Assembly (NCBI GenBank): GCA_963662945.1
Contig: OY759974.1
Span: 1,664,001 to 1,728,000 of the forward strand
Direction: 5' to 3'
Length of the DNA: 64,000 bases
Origin: Arcobacteraceae bacterium
GTDB lineage: Bacteria > Campylobacterota > Campylobacteria > Campylobacterales > Arcobacteraceae
The notes beneath the pieces are model-generated. The model ran no database searches, was not told where the DNA came from, and saw only the letters and a list, made by a program, of their open reading frames with translations. Positions within the stretch are counted from its first letter, which is position 1; every line of letters begins with the position of its first letter. This document shows, one piece after another, positions 22,851-32,745 of this stretch. Position numbers and translations under genes: made by a program.

Positions 22851-23654
22851 CTATTCTGCTTTTCTTATTCTCAAAAAACTAGCAAATTTAGGTTTACCAT
22901 TTTTTGTAAAACCATAATATTTAAAAGTAATTGTATCTCCAATTGCTGGTGGATTTATTCTTTGATTATTACTCAATCCACCACCTAAATTAAAGTTTAT
23001 ATTGTTATCTAGTTTAACTTGTAAACTTTTTATTATATGTGTGCCATTTTTATAGTTATATCCTATAACAATTCCTTCCATATCTTGAAATTTTTTTACT
23101 TTGAGAATATAAGGACTTCTTCCTGTATGATAAGGTTGATTAGGATCTTTGATAATAACTCCTTCCCCTTTTAAAGTAATAACTTTATCAAGGTATTCTT
23201 GAAGATGTTGTTCATCTTTACAGAGATATTGAGGAATGATTTTTACATATTTGTTTGGATGTTGTGTAAACCATTGTTTGGCTTTTTCTAATCTTTGAAG
23301 AAAAGTACCACGTGTATTTGGAACTTCAAAAATATTAAAAGTAATTTTTTGCCAGTCTTTTGTTGGAGTATTGTCTAAAACTGTAGTTTGAATAAATTCA
23401 AAATCATTGTGTTTACTCCATAATTCTCCATCTAAAGCAAAGGGTGGAAAATTTTTAAGAAATTCTTTTGGAGCGTTGATTGTATTGCCATTTTTTGTAG
23501 AGAGTTTTTTTCCATCCCAATATCCTCTGATGCCATCAAGTTTTTCACTCATAATCCAATCAGAGATATTTTGTTCTTTATATATTTTTGGTTTTTGTAC
23601 CTCAAATGAGTATACAAAACCAAAAAATAGAATAAGGATTAGAAAATATTTCAA
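22851..23654 (-). CDS. Minimal ATP-dependent DNA ligase (Lig E type) with N-terminal signal sequence
   Basis: SEKLDGIR motif I, LDGELW, EGVIIK, LKVKK, G.P.FASFLR.R; hydrophobic N-terminus. Confidence 0.9.
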   Translation of the reverse strand: MKYFLILILFFGFVYSFEVQKPKIYKEQNISDWIMSEKLDGIRGYWDGKKLSTKNGNTINAPKEFLKNFPPFALDGELWSKHNDFEFIQTTVLDNTPTKDWQKITFNIFEVPNTRGTFLQRLEKAKQWFTQHPNKYVKIIPQYLCKDEQHLQEYLDKVITLKGEGVIIKDPNQPYHTGRSPYILKVKKFQDMEGIVIGYNYKNGTHIIKSLQVKLDNNINFNLGGGLSNNQRINPPAIGDTITFKYYGFTKNGKPKFASFLRIRKAE

Positions 23655-23660
23655 AAAATT

Positions 23661-24533
23661 TTAGTCTAAATATCTTTGGGTTAGCCCTGAATAATTTTCA
23701 ATTCTTCTATCGCGTAAAAAAGGCCACCATCTTCGTACATTTTCACTTCTTTTTAAATCAACATCACAATAGAGTATCTCTTCATTTTGATGATTCGCAT
23801 GTGCTAAATATTCTCCCTGAGGTCCAAAAACAAATGAATTTCCCCAAAACTTTGTTCCTTCTAATACTCTAGAATCATCAATTTCAAATCCAACACGGTT
23901 TACTGTAGCAACTGGTATTCCATTTGCTACACTATGACCTCTTTGTATTGCTATCCAAGCATCAAGTTGTCTTTGTTTTTCCTCTTCTTCATCTGCTTCA
24001 AACCAACCTATTGCAGTTGGATAGATAAGCATTTCGGCCCCTTTTAATGCCATGAGTCGTGCAGCTTCAGGATACCATTGATCCCAACATACAAGAACAC
24101 CAAGTTTCCCTACACTTGTTTGGATAGGTTCAAATCCTAAATCTCCAGGGGTAAAATAAAATTTTTCATAAAAACCAGGATCATCTGGTATATGCATCTT
24201 TCTGTATTTACCTGCAATTGAGCCATCTTTTTCAAAGACAACGGCAGTATTGTGATATAATCCTGCTGCTCTTTTTTCAAAAAGTGATGTTACTAAAACA
24301 ATAGTATTCTTTTTTGCAATTTGACTCCAAAATTGAATATCTTCTTCCCAAGAATTTGCTAAATCAAACACATTTACATTTTCATTTTGACAAAAATAGT
24401 GAGTTTGGTGTAATTCTTGTAAAATAACAAGTTGACTACCATTTTTACTAGCTTCTTCTATTTTTGAAACGGTAACTTTGATTGTTTCCTCTTTTGTTCC
24501 ATAATATTTTTGTTGAATTAGTGCTATTTTCAT
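23661..24533 (-). CDS. aguB: N-carbamoylputrescine amidohydrolase (carbon-nitrogen hydrolase)
   Basis: LQEL, YRKMHIPDDPGFYEKFYF, VCWDQWYPE; next to agmatine deiminase. Confidence 0.88.
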   Translation of the reverse strand: MKIALIQQKYYGTKEETIKVTVSKIEEASKNGSQLVILQELHQTHYFCQNENVNVFDLANSWEEDIQFWSQIAKKNTIVLVTSLFEKRAAGLYHNTAVVFEKDGSIAGKYRKMHIPDDPGFYEKFYFTPGDLGFEPIQTSVGKLGVLVCWDQWYPEAARLMALKGAEMLIYPTAIGWFEADEEEEKQRQLDAWIAIQRGHSVANGIPVATVNRVGFEIDDSRVLEGTKFWGNSFVFGPQGEYLAHANHQNEEILYCDVDLKRSENVRRWWPFLRDRRIENYSGLTQRYLD

Positions 24534-24534
24534 A

Positions 24535-25539
24535 TTATTTATCCTTTAATTTAGGGTATTGCATCGTAACACAATGTAAACTACCATGTTGTCGTATAAG
24601 TGTACTACAATCAATACCTATAATATCTCTTTTTGGGAATGATTTTTTAAATATTTTTAGAGCTTCATCGTCATTTTTGTCATTATAAGTTGGTACTAAA
24701 ACTGCACCATTTATAATAAGAAAGTTAGCATAAGTTGCAGGAAGTCTATCCTCTTCATCATATTTTGCTTCTATCCAAGGAAGAGGGATAAGTTTAAAGG
24801 GTTTTCCATTTAATTGTCTAAAACCTTTTAACTCCGCTTCCATTTTTTTCAAATCTTCATAATGACTATCTTGTGTATCATCACAAGTTTGATACATAAT
24901 AGTATCATTTGAGATAAATCTAGCTAGAGTGTCGATATGGCTATCTGTATCATCACCTTCTAAAGCACCACTATTAAGCCATAAAACTTTTTTTGCTCCA
25001 AGATATTGTATAAGTTTTTTTTCTATTTGTTTTTGAGTGAGTTTTGGATTTCTATTTTCTTCTAATAAACAAGCAGATGTAGTCATAATAATATCTTCAC
25101 CATTGCTTTCAATAGCACCACCCTCTAGCACAAATGGGATAGTTTTATGAGAGTATCCTTTAAATATACCTTTAAGTTTGAGTTTTCTTGTGATTTGATT
25201 ATCTTTATCTGATTCAAATTTCTTTCCCCAAGCGTTGAAGGTAAAATCTTCGATTATCAGTTCCCCATCCTGTTCAATTGTTATTCCACCAAAATCTCTT
25301 GACCAAGTATCATTGCTGTCTAAAGTTATAAAAGTTAAATTCTTTTTTTTAGGAAATCTTTTTTTTATCTCTTCTAAATTTTTTGATACTATAAGTACTT
25401 TTTGGTATTTATGTATAGCATTGGCAATATTTACAAAAGTATCTATTGCATCATCAAGATATTCACACCAATCTGTATTTTCATGAGGAAATACGAGTTG
25501 TACAAACTCTTGTTCTTCCCATTCTGCTGGTAATCTCAT
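24535..25539 (-). CDS. aguA: Agmatine deiminase family protein
   Basis: MRLPAEWE (ATG 25539), DTWSRD, LEGG, DTDSHID, GSLHCVT. Confidence 0.9.
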   Translation of the reverse strand: MRLPAEWEEQEFVQLVFPHENTDWCEYLDDAIDTFVNIANAIHKYQKVLIVSKNLEEIKKRFPKKKNLTFITLDSNDTWSRDFGGITIEQDGELIIEDFTFNAWGKKFESDKDNQITRKLKLKGIFKGYSHKTIPFVLEGGAIESNGEDIIMTTSACLLEENRNPKLTQKQIEKKLIQYLGAKKVLWLNSGALEGDDTDSHIDTLARFISNDTIMYQTCDDTQDSHYEDLKKMEAELKGFRQLNGKPFKLIPLPWIEAKYDEEDRLPATYANFLIINGAVLVPTYNDKNDDEALKIFKKSFPKRDIIGIDCSTLIRQHGSLHCVTMQYPKLKDK

Positions 25540-25540
25540 A

Positions 25541-26095
25541 TTAGTGCTCTCCACGTAAAAAATTTTTTGCTTCTTTTTCATTATTTTTCAAAGTTGTAAA
25601 TCCTGTTCCAAATCCAACCTCTTTTTCACCATTTTTCATTTTTGTTTTTTCCATTACTTTTTCTAATCTCTCTTTTCTTTGTGCATTTCTGATTTGAATC
25701 TCAGCTTGAGTAAATTTTCTCTCTTTTGCTGGGACTGCTTTTTGAATAGCATCCAGACTATTAAGATTGGACAATATTGAAAAAAGTTCATAAGGATTTC
25801 TCACTTTAAAAATATAGGTATCATTTTTAAGTTTATCATAGAAGTCTATCTCAAAATCTTTTTCCAATGATATAATAGCCCCAATAGTATTGAATTTTAC
25901 TTCTATTTTATCAGAGATAGCGTAAATACTACCATTTTTTGAAGTATAATAATTCTCATCACTTTTTGCTTTGTAGATGTTATCCCTATCAAAATATTTT
26001 TCATAACAAATTATTTCATTGGAGCTTTTATCTTTAAAACAATAATTAGCATATAAAGATGAAAAACCAAATAATATAATAAAAAATATTTTCAT
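25541..26095 (-). CDS. Hypothetical exported protein
   Basis: Signal peptide MKIFFIILFGFSSLYA; in operon order with its neighbours. Confidence 0.65.
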   Translation of the reverse strand: MKIFFIILFGFSSLYANYCFKDKSSNEIICYEKYFDRDNIYKAKSDENYYTSKNGSIYAISDKIEVKFNTIGAIISLEKDFEIDFYDKLKNDTYIFKVRNPYELFSILSNLNSLDAIQKAVPAKERKFTQAEIQIRNAQRKERLEKVMEKTKMKNGEKEVGFGTGFTTLKNNEKEAKNFLRGEH

Positions 26096-26098
26096 ATT

Positions 26099-26692
26099 TT
26101 ATCCTTGATTATCTTGTAATAAATTGTCAAGTATTTTGCATTTATAACAGTTATGACATCTTTTTTTCTTAATTGGATTGGTACAAGAGAATACAGAATT
26201 TAGAGGAATATCAAAATTGTTTTTTAAAATAGTTTGTTTATTCATTCCATAAAAAGGTGTTTCTATTGTAAATTTTGTTCTTAATCCTTGAGATATAAGT
26301 TTTGCACAACCCTGAATATATTCTAAACTTGTATCCGGATACTTGTCATTTCCTTGTAGTCCTATTGCAATTTTACAAACATTTATATTAAAAAAATGTA
26401 TTGCAGTAAAAGTGAATAAAGATAAGTTTCTCAAAGGTATAATATTTTGTTCGACATTTGTTACTTTTCCTAATTGAGAAACATGCAGTATTTTGGAATA
26501 GTCTAAAGTTTTTAATTTGAGTTTATAAAATTTTGCAATTTTTTTAGCATACAATAGTTCAGTTTCTTCCCATATATAGCCAAATTTAATATATATAAGA
26601 TGTATTGTGAAGTTTTGCTTTTTGTAGTGATTTATTAAAGAAGTACTTTCTAATCCACCACTAAATAATACTCCTATTTTACTTTGGTCCAC
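26099..26692 (-). CDS. Divergent QueC-family (7-cyano-7-deazaguanine synthase-like) PP-loop protein
   Basis: FSGGLES PP-loop, IPLRN, YPD, PF...NK, C-terminal SC-x8-CxxCxxC zinc site; 197 aa. Confidence 0.85.
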   Translation of the reverse strand: MDQSKIGVLFSGGLESTSLINHYKKQNFTIHLIYIKFGYIWEETELLYAKKIAKFYKLKLKTLDYSKILHVSQLGKVTNVEQNIIPLRNLSLFTFTAIHFFNINVCKIAIGLQGNDKYPDTSLEYIQGCAKLISQGLRTKFTIETPFYGMNKQTILKNNFDIPLNSVFSCTNPIKKKRCHNCYKCKILDNLLQDNQG

Positions 26693-27492
26693 TGTAATAA
26701 TTCCATTGAAGATGTAAGCCCAACTGTTACTATATGAGCAATTTTTCGTGATATCTGTTCTTGATCTATATTATTAAATAAAAATTCTTCATTTGTAAGA
26801 TATTTTATATCAAACCACCAATAACCATCTCTTAAAGATAACCTATCACCTTCGCTATTTTCACTACCTGATAGATTTAGCGTATTTTCAAATTTATTAT
26901 TTACTTCTTCTTTTGTTGTTTGTAACAGTTTATGGTCAATTGCAATTGCAGTTGCAATAAAAGAACCGGAATGCCAAATACTAAAAAGTATTTTTTCATT
27001 TTGATTTATTGTATATGTAATGTATAAACTATCTACACCATCTACTATAAATGTATTCAGATTATCAATATTTATTTTATGGGTTTTATTATTTTTTTTG
27101 AACTCTTTAGTATATTGAGTGAGCTCCTGTATCTCTTTTGTATAGAGTTTATCAGGAAAGTTATATCTATACTCAAATACTAACTTTACTCTTTCAATTG
27201 TTTTATTATAAAACTTTTCTCTAAGTTTTTTTATAGTTGTATCAGAATCCCCTTTTAAGATGAAAAAAATAGCAAAAATAATTATAGATATAATCAAAGA
27301 TTCCCATAAAAAACTTAAGATTGAAACATAATTAGCTTCAAGAGTAGATAGGTTTGAAAGGAAATAGAGTTCTTTATGAACTACTATTAATAAAATTGCA
27401 GATAATGCAAAAATAATATATATAACGAAAATCCAAGAAAGCTTCCAAGCTCTTTTAGATAAAGCTTGCAATAACTCTGAAGTAAATTCCAT
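26674..27492 (-). CDS. Hypothetical membrane protein: two N-terminal TM helices plus a soluble domain of about 200 aa
   Basis: Two hydrophobic segments in the first 70 aa; starts 2 nt after the yhhQ stop and overlaps the QueC paralogue. Confidence 0.75.
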   Translation of the reverse strand: MEFTSELLQALSKRAWKLSWIFVIYIIFALSAILLIVVHKELYFLSNLSTLEANYVSILSFLWESLIISIIIFAIFFILKGDSDTTIKKLREKFYNKTIERVKLVFEYRYNFPDKLYTKEIQELTQYTKEFKKNNKTHKINIDNLNTFIVDGVDSLYITYTINQNEKILFSIWHSGSFIATAIAIDHKLLQTTKEEVNNKFENTLNLSGSENSEGDRLSLRDGYWWFDIKYLTNEEFLFNNIDQEQISRKIAHIVTVGLTSSMELLQWTKVK

Positions 27493-27494
27493 AA

Positions 27495-28046
27495 TTAGAT
27501 ATTCTTATATGTGAGTCGTTTTACTCTTATAGCTACTAGATAGAATATAGGTGTATCTAATAGTGCTAAAGTAAGCTTTATTAAATAATCTCCAATAATT
27601 AATTTTACAATTACATCAAATGGAAGTATAAAACTAAACGCAATCATGAAAAATAAAACTGTATCAAAAAATGATGAAAACATTGTGCTTGCATTATTTC
27701 GTAGCCACCATAGATTTGTAAATTTTTCTTTCAAAAAATGAAATACTTTTACATCAAGTTGTTGTATTACGTAAAATGTAAAAATAGAGGCGAATGCAAT
27801 TCTCCAATCGGCTATTAGTATAGTTGGTATAACAGCTAATATAATACCAATTTTTACTACTTTTAAAACATCTTGTTTTTCATATTTTTCACTTAAAATA
27901 TCTGTTAATAAAAAAGTGAAAGGAAATAATAATGCACCATAAGTTAACCAATCGTTGATTGGAAATTGTACTGTATAATTTGCAATAACTATAAGTAAAG
28001 CAAAAATAATAGCTGAGGTATATTGTGTTTTTTTAGTCATTTGCAT
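27495..28046 (-). CDS. yhhQ: Queuosine precursor transporter (YhhQ/VUT family)
   Basis: ANY.VQ, TYG...FP.TFLLTD, RIAFAS, Q.LD..VF, WWLRNNAST..S...DT..F. Confidence 0.9.
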   Translation of the reverse strand: MQMTKKTQYTSAIIFALLIVIANYTVQFPINDWLTYGALLFPFTFLLTDILSEKYEKQDVLKVVKIGIILAVIPTILIADWRIAFASIFTFYVIQQLDVKVFHFLKEKFTNLWWLRNNASTMFSSFFDTVLFFMIAFSFILPFDVIVKLIIGDYLIKLTLALLDTPIFYLVAIRVKRLTYKNI

Positions 28047-28157
28047 AAATTACCTTATGTTTGTATTTAAATCACATTTTATCCAATTTATAATTAAAAA
28101 ATAACACTAGTGTATTATACTAATGAGCAATAAAATATAAATTTATAAAATTTCAAA

Positions 28158-28475
28158 ATGAAACAGACAATAGAAGAATTTAAACGATTAGTAGAACAAC
28201 AAAAATTTTATGAAGCTCATGAGATACTTGAAGAGGTTTGGTTTCCTATTAGGAAAACAAAAAATGATTGTGCATTGGTGTTAAAAGGTTTTATAAATGG
28301 AGCTGTTTCTCTAGAGCTAAATAAAAGAACAAAAACAGAACAAAGTAAAAATGTTTATCAAACATATAGAAAATATACCGATAATCATAGAATAGAAACT
28401 ACTAAGAATAAAAAAAATTTTTTACAGCTGAAAAAATTTATGGATAGAAAGTTTAAAGAGAACTTTATAAACTAG
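28158..28475 (+). CDS. DUF309 family protein
   Basis: FYEAHEILEEVW and KG.I..AV signature. Confidence 0.85.
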   Translation: MKQTIEEFKRLVEQQKFYEAHEILEEVWFPIRKTKNDCALVLKGFINGAVSLELNKRTKTEQSKNVYQTYRKYTDNHRIETTKNKKNFLQLKKFMDRKFKENFIN

Positions 28476-28956
28476 CCCAAATCATTCTTAAATATAGCCC
28501 AATTGTGGAAGTATAACCAACTTCACTAAAAAGAAGATTTCTATTTTTATCATATATAAAAGTTGTAGGATATGCAGAGATATTATATTTTGAAGCATAG
28601 TGTTTGCCAAAATCATCTATCACTTTAAAAGAAAGATTATGTTCTTGTAGATAGGATTGAATTTCATCTTGAGTTCCAGAATCTACAGCTATAGTTATTA
28701 CTTCAAATTTTTTTGATAGAGTTTCTATATTTGAAGCTTCAATTTTACATATGGGACACCAAGTAGCCCAAAAGTGTATTAAGATAGGTTTATTCGCTGG
28801 AATATTATAGGTTTTACGGTCTAATAAAGTGATATTTTGGAATTCCAATTTATCTTTATTAAGACTAGTAGATTTATAATAGCTTATAATATTTGCTAAA
28901 ATTGTTATGGTAATTATAAATGTAATTATTTCTTTTAGATATTTTTTTAATTTCAA
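28465..28956 (-). CDS. TlpA-like membrane-anchored redoxin
   Basis: HFWATWCPIC, YPTT, N-terminal TM. Confidence 0.88.
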   Translation of the reverse strand: MKLKKYLKEIITFIITITILANIISYYKSTSLNKDKLEFQNITLLDRKTYNIPANKPILIHFWATWCPICKIEASNIETLSKKFEVITIAVDSGTQDEIQSYLQEHNLSFKVIDDFGKHYASKYNISAYPTTFIYDKNRNLLFSEVGYTSTIGLYLRMIWASL

Positions 28957-29630
28957 TGTGTTAAAGTTTCGTAAGGAATTTTATCAGTCTCACCTGCAAG
29001 TGCAAACCCTTTTAACCGTAATCTACAACTATCACATACCCCACATGCTTTATCTTCATTTTTATAACAACTCCAAGTGTATTCTAAAGGAACATTTAAT
29101 TCAATTGCTTTTTTTACAATTTGTTCTTTTGTCATATGAACAAGAGGGGTAATAATCTCTAGTTGAGTTTCTTTACGTGTTCCTTGATTCATAGCATTTT
29201 GCATCTTTTCTATAAATGTATCTGTACAATCAGGATACCCGCTGCTATCCTCTTGCACAACACCTATGTAGAGTGCAGTTGCTCCATGTTTTTCAGCAAT
29301 TGCTGTAGCGATACTTAGAAAAATACCATTTCTAAATGGTACATAAGTAATAGGAACACCATCTTCAATTCCATTTACAGGTACATCAATAGAATTATCA
29401 GTAAGTGCACTAGCACCAATTTGAGTAAAAAATGGGATATTTATCTCATATTTTTCTTTTACATTAAGTTCAATACAAATATTTCTAAATGCTTCTAACT
29501 CTTTGTGTTCTGTTCTTTGTCCATAATTAAAATGTACAGAAATAATCTCATATCCCTCATTTTGGGCAATATAAGAAGATAATGTTGAGTCCATTCCACC
29601 ACTTAATATACATACTGCTTTTTTATTCAT
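28953..29630 (-). CDS. queC: 7-cyano-7-deazaguanine synthase (canonical)
   Basis: LSGGMDS, YGQR, SALTD, TYVPFRN, GYPDC, TWSCY...CGVCDSC..R. Confidence 0.97.
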   Translation of the reverse strand: MNKKAVCILSGGMDSTLSSYIAQNEGYEIISVHFNYGQRTEHKELEAFRNICIELNVKEKYEINIPFFTQIGASALTDNSIDVPVNGIEDGVPITYVPFRNGIFLSIATAIAEKHGATALYIGVVQEDSSGYPDCTDTFIEKMQNAMNQGTRKETQLEIITPLVHMTKEQIVKKAIELNVPLEYTWSCYKNEDKACGVCDSCRLRLKGFALAGETDKIPYETLTH

Positions 29631-29645
29631 ATCTTATTCTCGCTC

Positions 29646-30863
29646 CTAATTAAAAAAATCTTTTTGAACATCTGTATAAAACTTCCAATTAATTGGAATA
29701 ACTTTTACAATATCATCTTTAAGTAATCCTGTTAGGTTTTTATTGAGGATTATCATACTGTTGCATTTATGTAAAACCCCAACCATACCTGGAAATCTTT
29801 TTTTAGATGGGATAAAACAATCCCCATCAAACCAACCAGGAATAATAGTAGTTCTTCCTTTTTTATTTTTTAAATCTTCACTTATTTTTGTAGTGATGTA
29901 GTTGTGATAAATATCTTTACTACCAGAGAGTTTTTGAATGATAATAGTTCCAAATACTTCAAAAATTAATGCAGCTGCAAGTGGATTTCCTGGAAGATTG
30001 AGTATATATGTGTCTCCTAATTTTCCAAAAATAGTTGGTTTTCCTGGTTTAATAGTAACTCCATTAAAAAGTATATCCATCTCAAATTTTTCAAAAGCTT
30101 CTTGTGTAAAATCAGCTTCACCAACACTGATTCCACCAGTTGTAATGATAAAATCGGCATGTAAAGAGTTTTCAATCATTTGTTGTAAAGATTCAATATT
30201 GTCCTGTGCCATACCTGCAAAACTTACATCACAACCAAGCTCATTAACCCTTGAAAGAATAGTTGGAGTATTTGAATTAAATATTTGATAATCTTCTATT
30301 TTTTCATAATGAAGTTTTAATTCTTCACCACTAGTAAAAACACTTACTTTTGGTTTTCTGTATACTTTTACGTGAGTTATCCCTTGTGAAGCTAAAATAG
30401 TTATTGCAGAAAAATTAATTTCATCTCCATCAACGAGAATTTTTTCATCTTTTAGTATATCTTCACCTACAAATCGAATATGTTGATTTTTTTCGATTCC
30501 TCTTGGAATTCTAATATGTTGTTCATCGATTATGTCAACAAGTTCAAAAGGTACAACAGCTTCCACACTTGAAGGTATTCTGGCACCTGTCATTATTTTA
30601 ATACATTGTGTAGGTTCTATTTGGGTTTCTTTTGGTGAACCTGCAAAAATATCGTCACATATTTTTACAATTTCACCCTCATCACAAAGTTTGACTCCAT
30701 ATCCATCCATAGCAGAATTGTTAAAAGATGGTAAAGAATATTTTGCATAGATGTCTTGAGCTATAATTTTTTTATTACTATTTTCTATTGGTACTATTTC
30801 GTAAGAGATTTTTGTAATATTTGATTTTATTATTCGAAGAGCTTCTTTGATACATATACCCAT
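29646..30863 (-). CDS. moeA: Molybdopterin molybdenumtransferase
   Basis: NSAMDGY, IMTGA, SGEEL, TTGGISVG..DF, IKPGKP, LPGNP. Confidence 0.95.
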   Translation of the reverse strand: MGICIKEALRIIKSNITKISYEIVPIENSNKKIIAQDIYAKYSLPSFNNSAMDGYGVKLCDEGEIVKICDDIFAGSPKETQIEPTQCIKIMTGARIPSSVEAVVPFELVDIIDEQHIRIPRGIEKNQHIRFVGEDILKDEKILVDGDEINFSAITILASQGITHVKVYRKPKVSVFTSGEELKLHYEKIEDYQIFNSNTPTILSRVNELGCDVSFAGMAQDNIESLQQMIENSLHADFIITTGGISVGEADFTQEAFEKFEMDILFNGVTIKPGKPTIFGKLGDTYILNLPGNPLAAALIFEVFGTIIIQKLSGSKDIYHNYITTKISEDLKNKKGRTTIIPGWFDGDCFIPSKKRFPGMVGVLHKCNSMIILNKNLTGLLKDDIVKVIPINWKFYTDVQKDFFN

Positions 30864-30925
30864 TCTGTCGTTCCTTAATTTTTATATGATATAATAGCAA
30901 AAATTTTCATATAGGTATATTATAA

Positions 30926-31330
30926 ATGGATTTCGTATCAATCTCAATCACAACACATGTGTATGCAATAGTGGCTTTAATGCTCATAATGGTTTTTAAT
31001 TTTTATAGTGTAATGAGAATGAAAGATTTTATAAGTTTAACTCAACGGTTACGATTTATGACACCTATATTTCATATGGCAAATGCTTTTGTAGTGTACA
31101 CAGGAGCTATTGTTGCTGCTTATTCTCATGATTTAAGTCTTACAGTTATCTTGATGATTGCAACTTCAATTTTTGTGATGGTTTTAGAGATAAAAAGATA
31201 TAAAAAAATGAAGTTTATTAAGTCTACACAAATTGCAAAACAACAAGAATTTGTAATGTTTGCTAAAAAAATATATAATCTTGAAATTATAGCAGTTTTA
31301 TTTACATATACAATTTCAAAAATCTTCTAA
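30926..31330 (+). CDS. Hypothetical 4-TM membrane protein
   Basis: Hydrophobic ORF with RBS, coupled to rsmE. Confidence 0.7.
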   Translation: MDFVSISITTHVYAIVALMLIMVFNFYSVMRMKDFISLTQRLRFMTPIFHMANAFVVYTGAIVAAYSHDLSLTVILMIATSIFVMVLEIKRYKKMKFIKSTQIAKQQEFVMFAKKIYNLEIIAVLFTYTISKIF

Positions 31331-31331
31331 A

Positions 31332-32003
31332 ATGCAATTTACATATTCAGAAGAAGCTTCACAACCAACTATTACAATAGAAGCAGAGCTTCATAAATAT
31401 CTATTTAAGGTGCGAAGACATAATATTGAAGATGATTTATATTTTAGAAATTTAAAAGATAAAAATCTTTATAGATATAAAGTGGAAACTATAGATAGAA
31501 GAAAAACTACCCTTAAACTTATTGATTATGAAGAAAAAATAATTGAGCCTACAAAAGAACTTCATATTGGTTGGTGTGTGATTGATCCAAAATCAGTAGA
31601 AAAATATATAGCTTCTTTAAATGAATTGGGTGTAACAAAAATCACATTTATAATGTGTCAATATTCTCAAAAACAATACAAAGAAAACTTTGATAAGTTA
31701 GAAAAACTACTTATAAACTCATCAAGCCAATGTGGCAGAAGTAGTATTATAGAACTTGATAGCTGTAAAAATTTAGATACTTTTTTAGAAAAATATCCAA
31801 ACTCTTATATGTTTAATTTTTCACAAAATAACATTGTAGAATACAAAAATAATATAGATACAATTGTTTTAGGGTGTGAAGGTGGTTTTTCAAAAAATGA
31901 AATTGAAAGATTGCAAGAAGATAAAATCGTTGGTATCGATTCAAATTTGATTCTTCGAAGTGAAACAGCGGCTCTTACTTTGGCTTCCGTTCTTTTGAGT
32001 TAA
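31332..32003 (+). CDS. rsmE: 16S rRNA m3U1498 methyltransferase
   Basis: ELGV, SSQCGR, GCEGGFS, ILRSETA. Confidence 0.93.
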   Translation: MQFTYSEEASQPTITIEAELHKYLFKVRRHNIEDDLYFRNLKDKNLYRYKVETIDRRKTTLKLIDYEEKIIEPTKELHIGWCVIDPKSVEKYIASLNELGVTKITFIMCQYSQKQYKENFDKLEKLLINSSSQCGRSSIIELDSCKNLDTFLEKYPNSYMFNFSQNNIVEYKNNIDTIVLGCEGGFSKNEIERLQEDKIVGIDSNLILRSETAALTLASVLLS

Positions 32004-32007
32004 AAAT

Positions 32008-32745
32008 TTATTTTTTACTCCAGTGTAAAATTTCCCATTTCCCCTCATAGGTTTCAACAATCGCAGTACACGATTCAACCCAATCTCCACAGTTGAGATA
32101 ATGAATATTGTTTATTGTACGAATTTCAGCTTTATGTATATGACCGCAAATAACTCCATCATAACCATTTTTTTTTGCATACGTAGATAAAATATTTTCA
32201 TAATCATTGATAAAACTCACTGATTTTTTTACATTGTCTTTAACAAATTTAGATAAAGACCATTTTGTTTTTATTTTAAAAAGTTTAAATATTTTCATCA
32301 AGATAAGATTGAGATGGAGAATTAAATCATATCCATAATCTCCTAACACTGCTAACCATTTTTTAGTCATAGTGACCATATCAAAAAAATCACCATGAGT
32401 AATCAAATATCTATTTCCATCTAGTGATTCGTATTCCATTTCATTTTTTACTTCAAGAGAATCTCCTAGAACCAAAGGGACAAATGGCCGTATAAATTCA
32501 TCATGATTACCTGTTATAAAATGTACTTTTGTACCTTTTTTAGCAATTTTTAATATCCTTTGAACAACATTTGAGTGGGACTGATACCATTTGAATTTTC
32601 TTTTTATTGCCCAACCATCTATAATATCACCAACTAAAAAAAGATTGTCAGATTCTGTATGTTTTAAAAAATTTGCTAAAAGGTCAGCTTGGGCAAATTT
32701 TGTTCCGAGGTGAATATCTGATATAAAAATTGACTTGTATTTCAT
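32008..32745 (-). CDS. LpxH-like metallophosphoesterase, PlcP-like (putative phospholipase C)
   Basis: SDIHLG, GDIIDGW, GNHDE, HGD.FD, CGHIH, NCGDWVES. Confidence 0.85.
   Translation of the reverse strand: MKYKSIFISDIHLGTKFAQADLLANFLKHTESDNLFLVGDIIDGWAIKRKFKWYQSHSNVVQRILKIAKKGTKVHFITGNHDEFIRPFVPLVLGDSLEVKNEMEYESLDGNRYLITHGDFFDMVTMTKKWLAVLGDYGYDLILHLNLILMKIFKLFKIKTKWSLSKFVKDNVKKSVSFINDYENILSTYAKKNGYDGVICGHIHKAEIRTINNIHYLNCGDWVESCTAIVETYEGKWEILHWSKK

Noticed and set aside
28047-28157. preQ1 riboswitch upstream of yhhQ
   Set aside because: The leader is almost all A/T, with no recognisable preQ1 stem or loop consensus
9107-28475. Three 11-nt convergent 3' overlaps (truA/thioredoxin, mreC/ribE, DUF309/redoxin)
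   Set aside because: Short convergent overlaps are common in compact AT-rich genomes; no shared sequence
26099-29630. Dpd DNA-modification, Qat or type IV CBASS system
   Set aside because: No TGT/DpdA, QatA ATPase, TatD or CD-NTase gene nearby, so the cassette matches none of these
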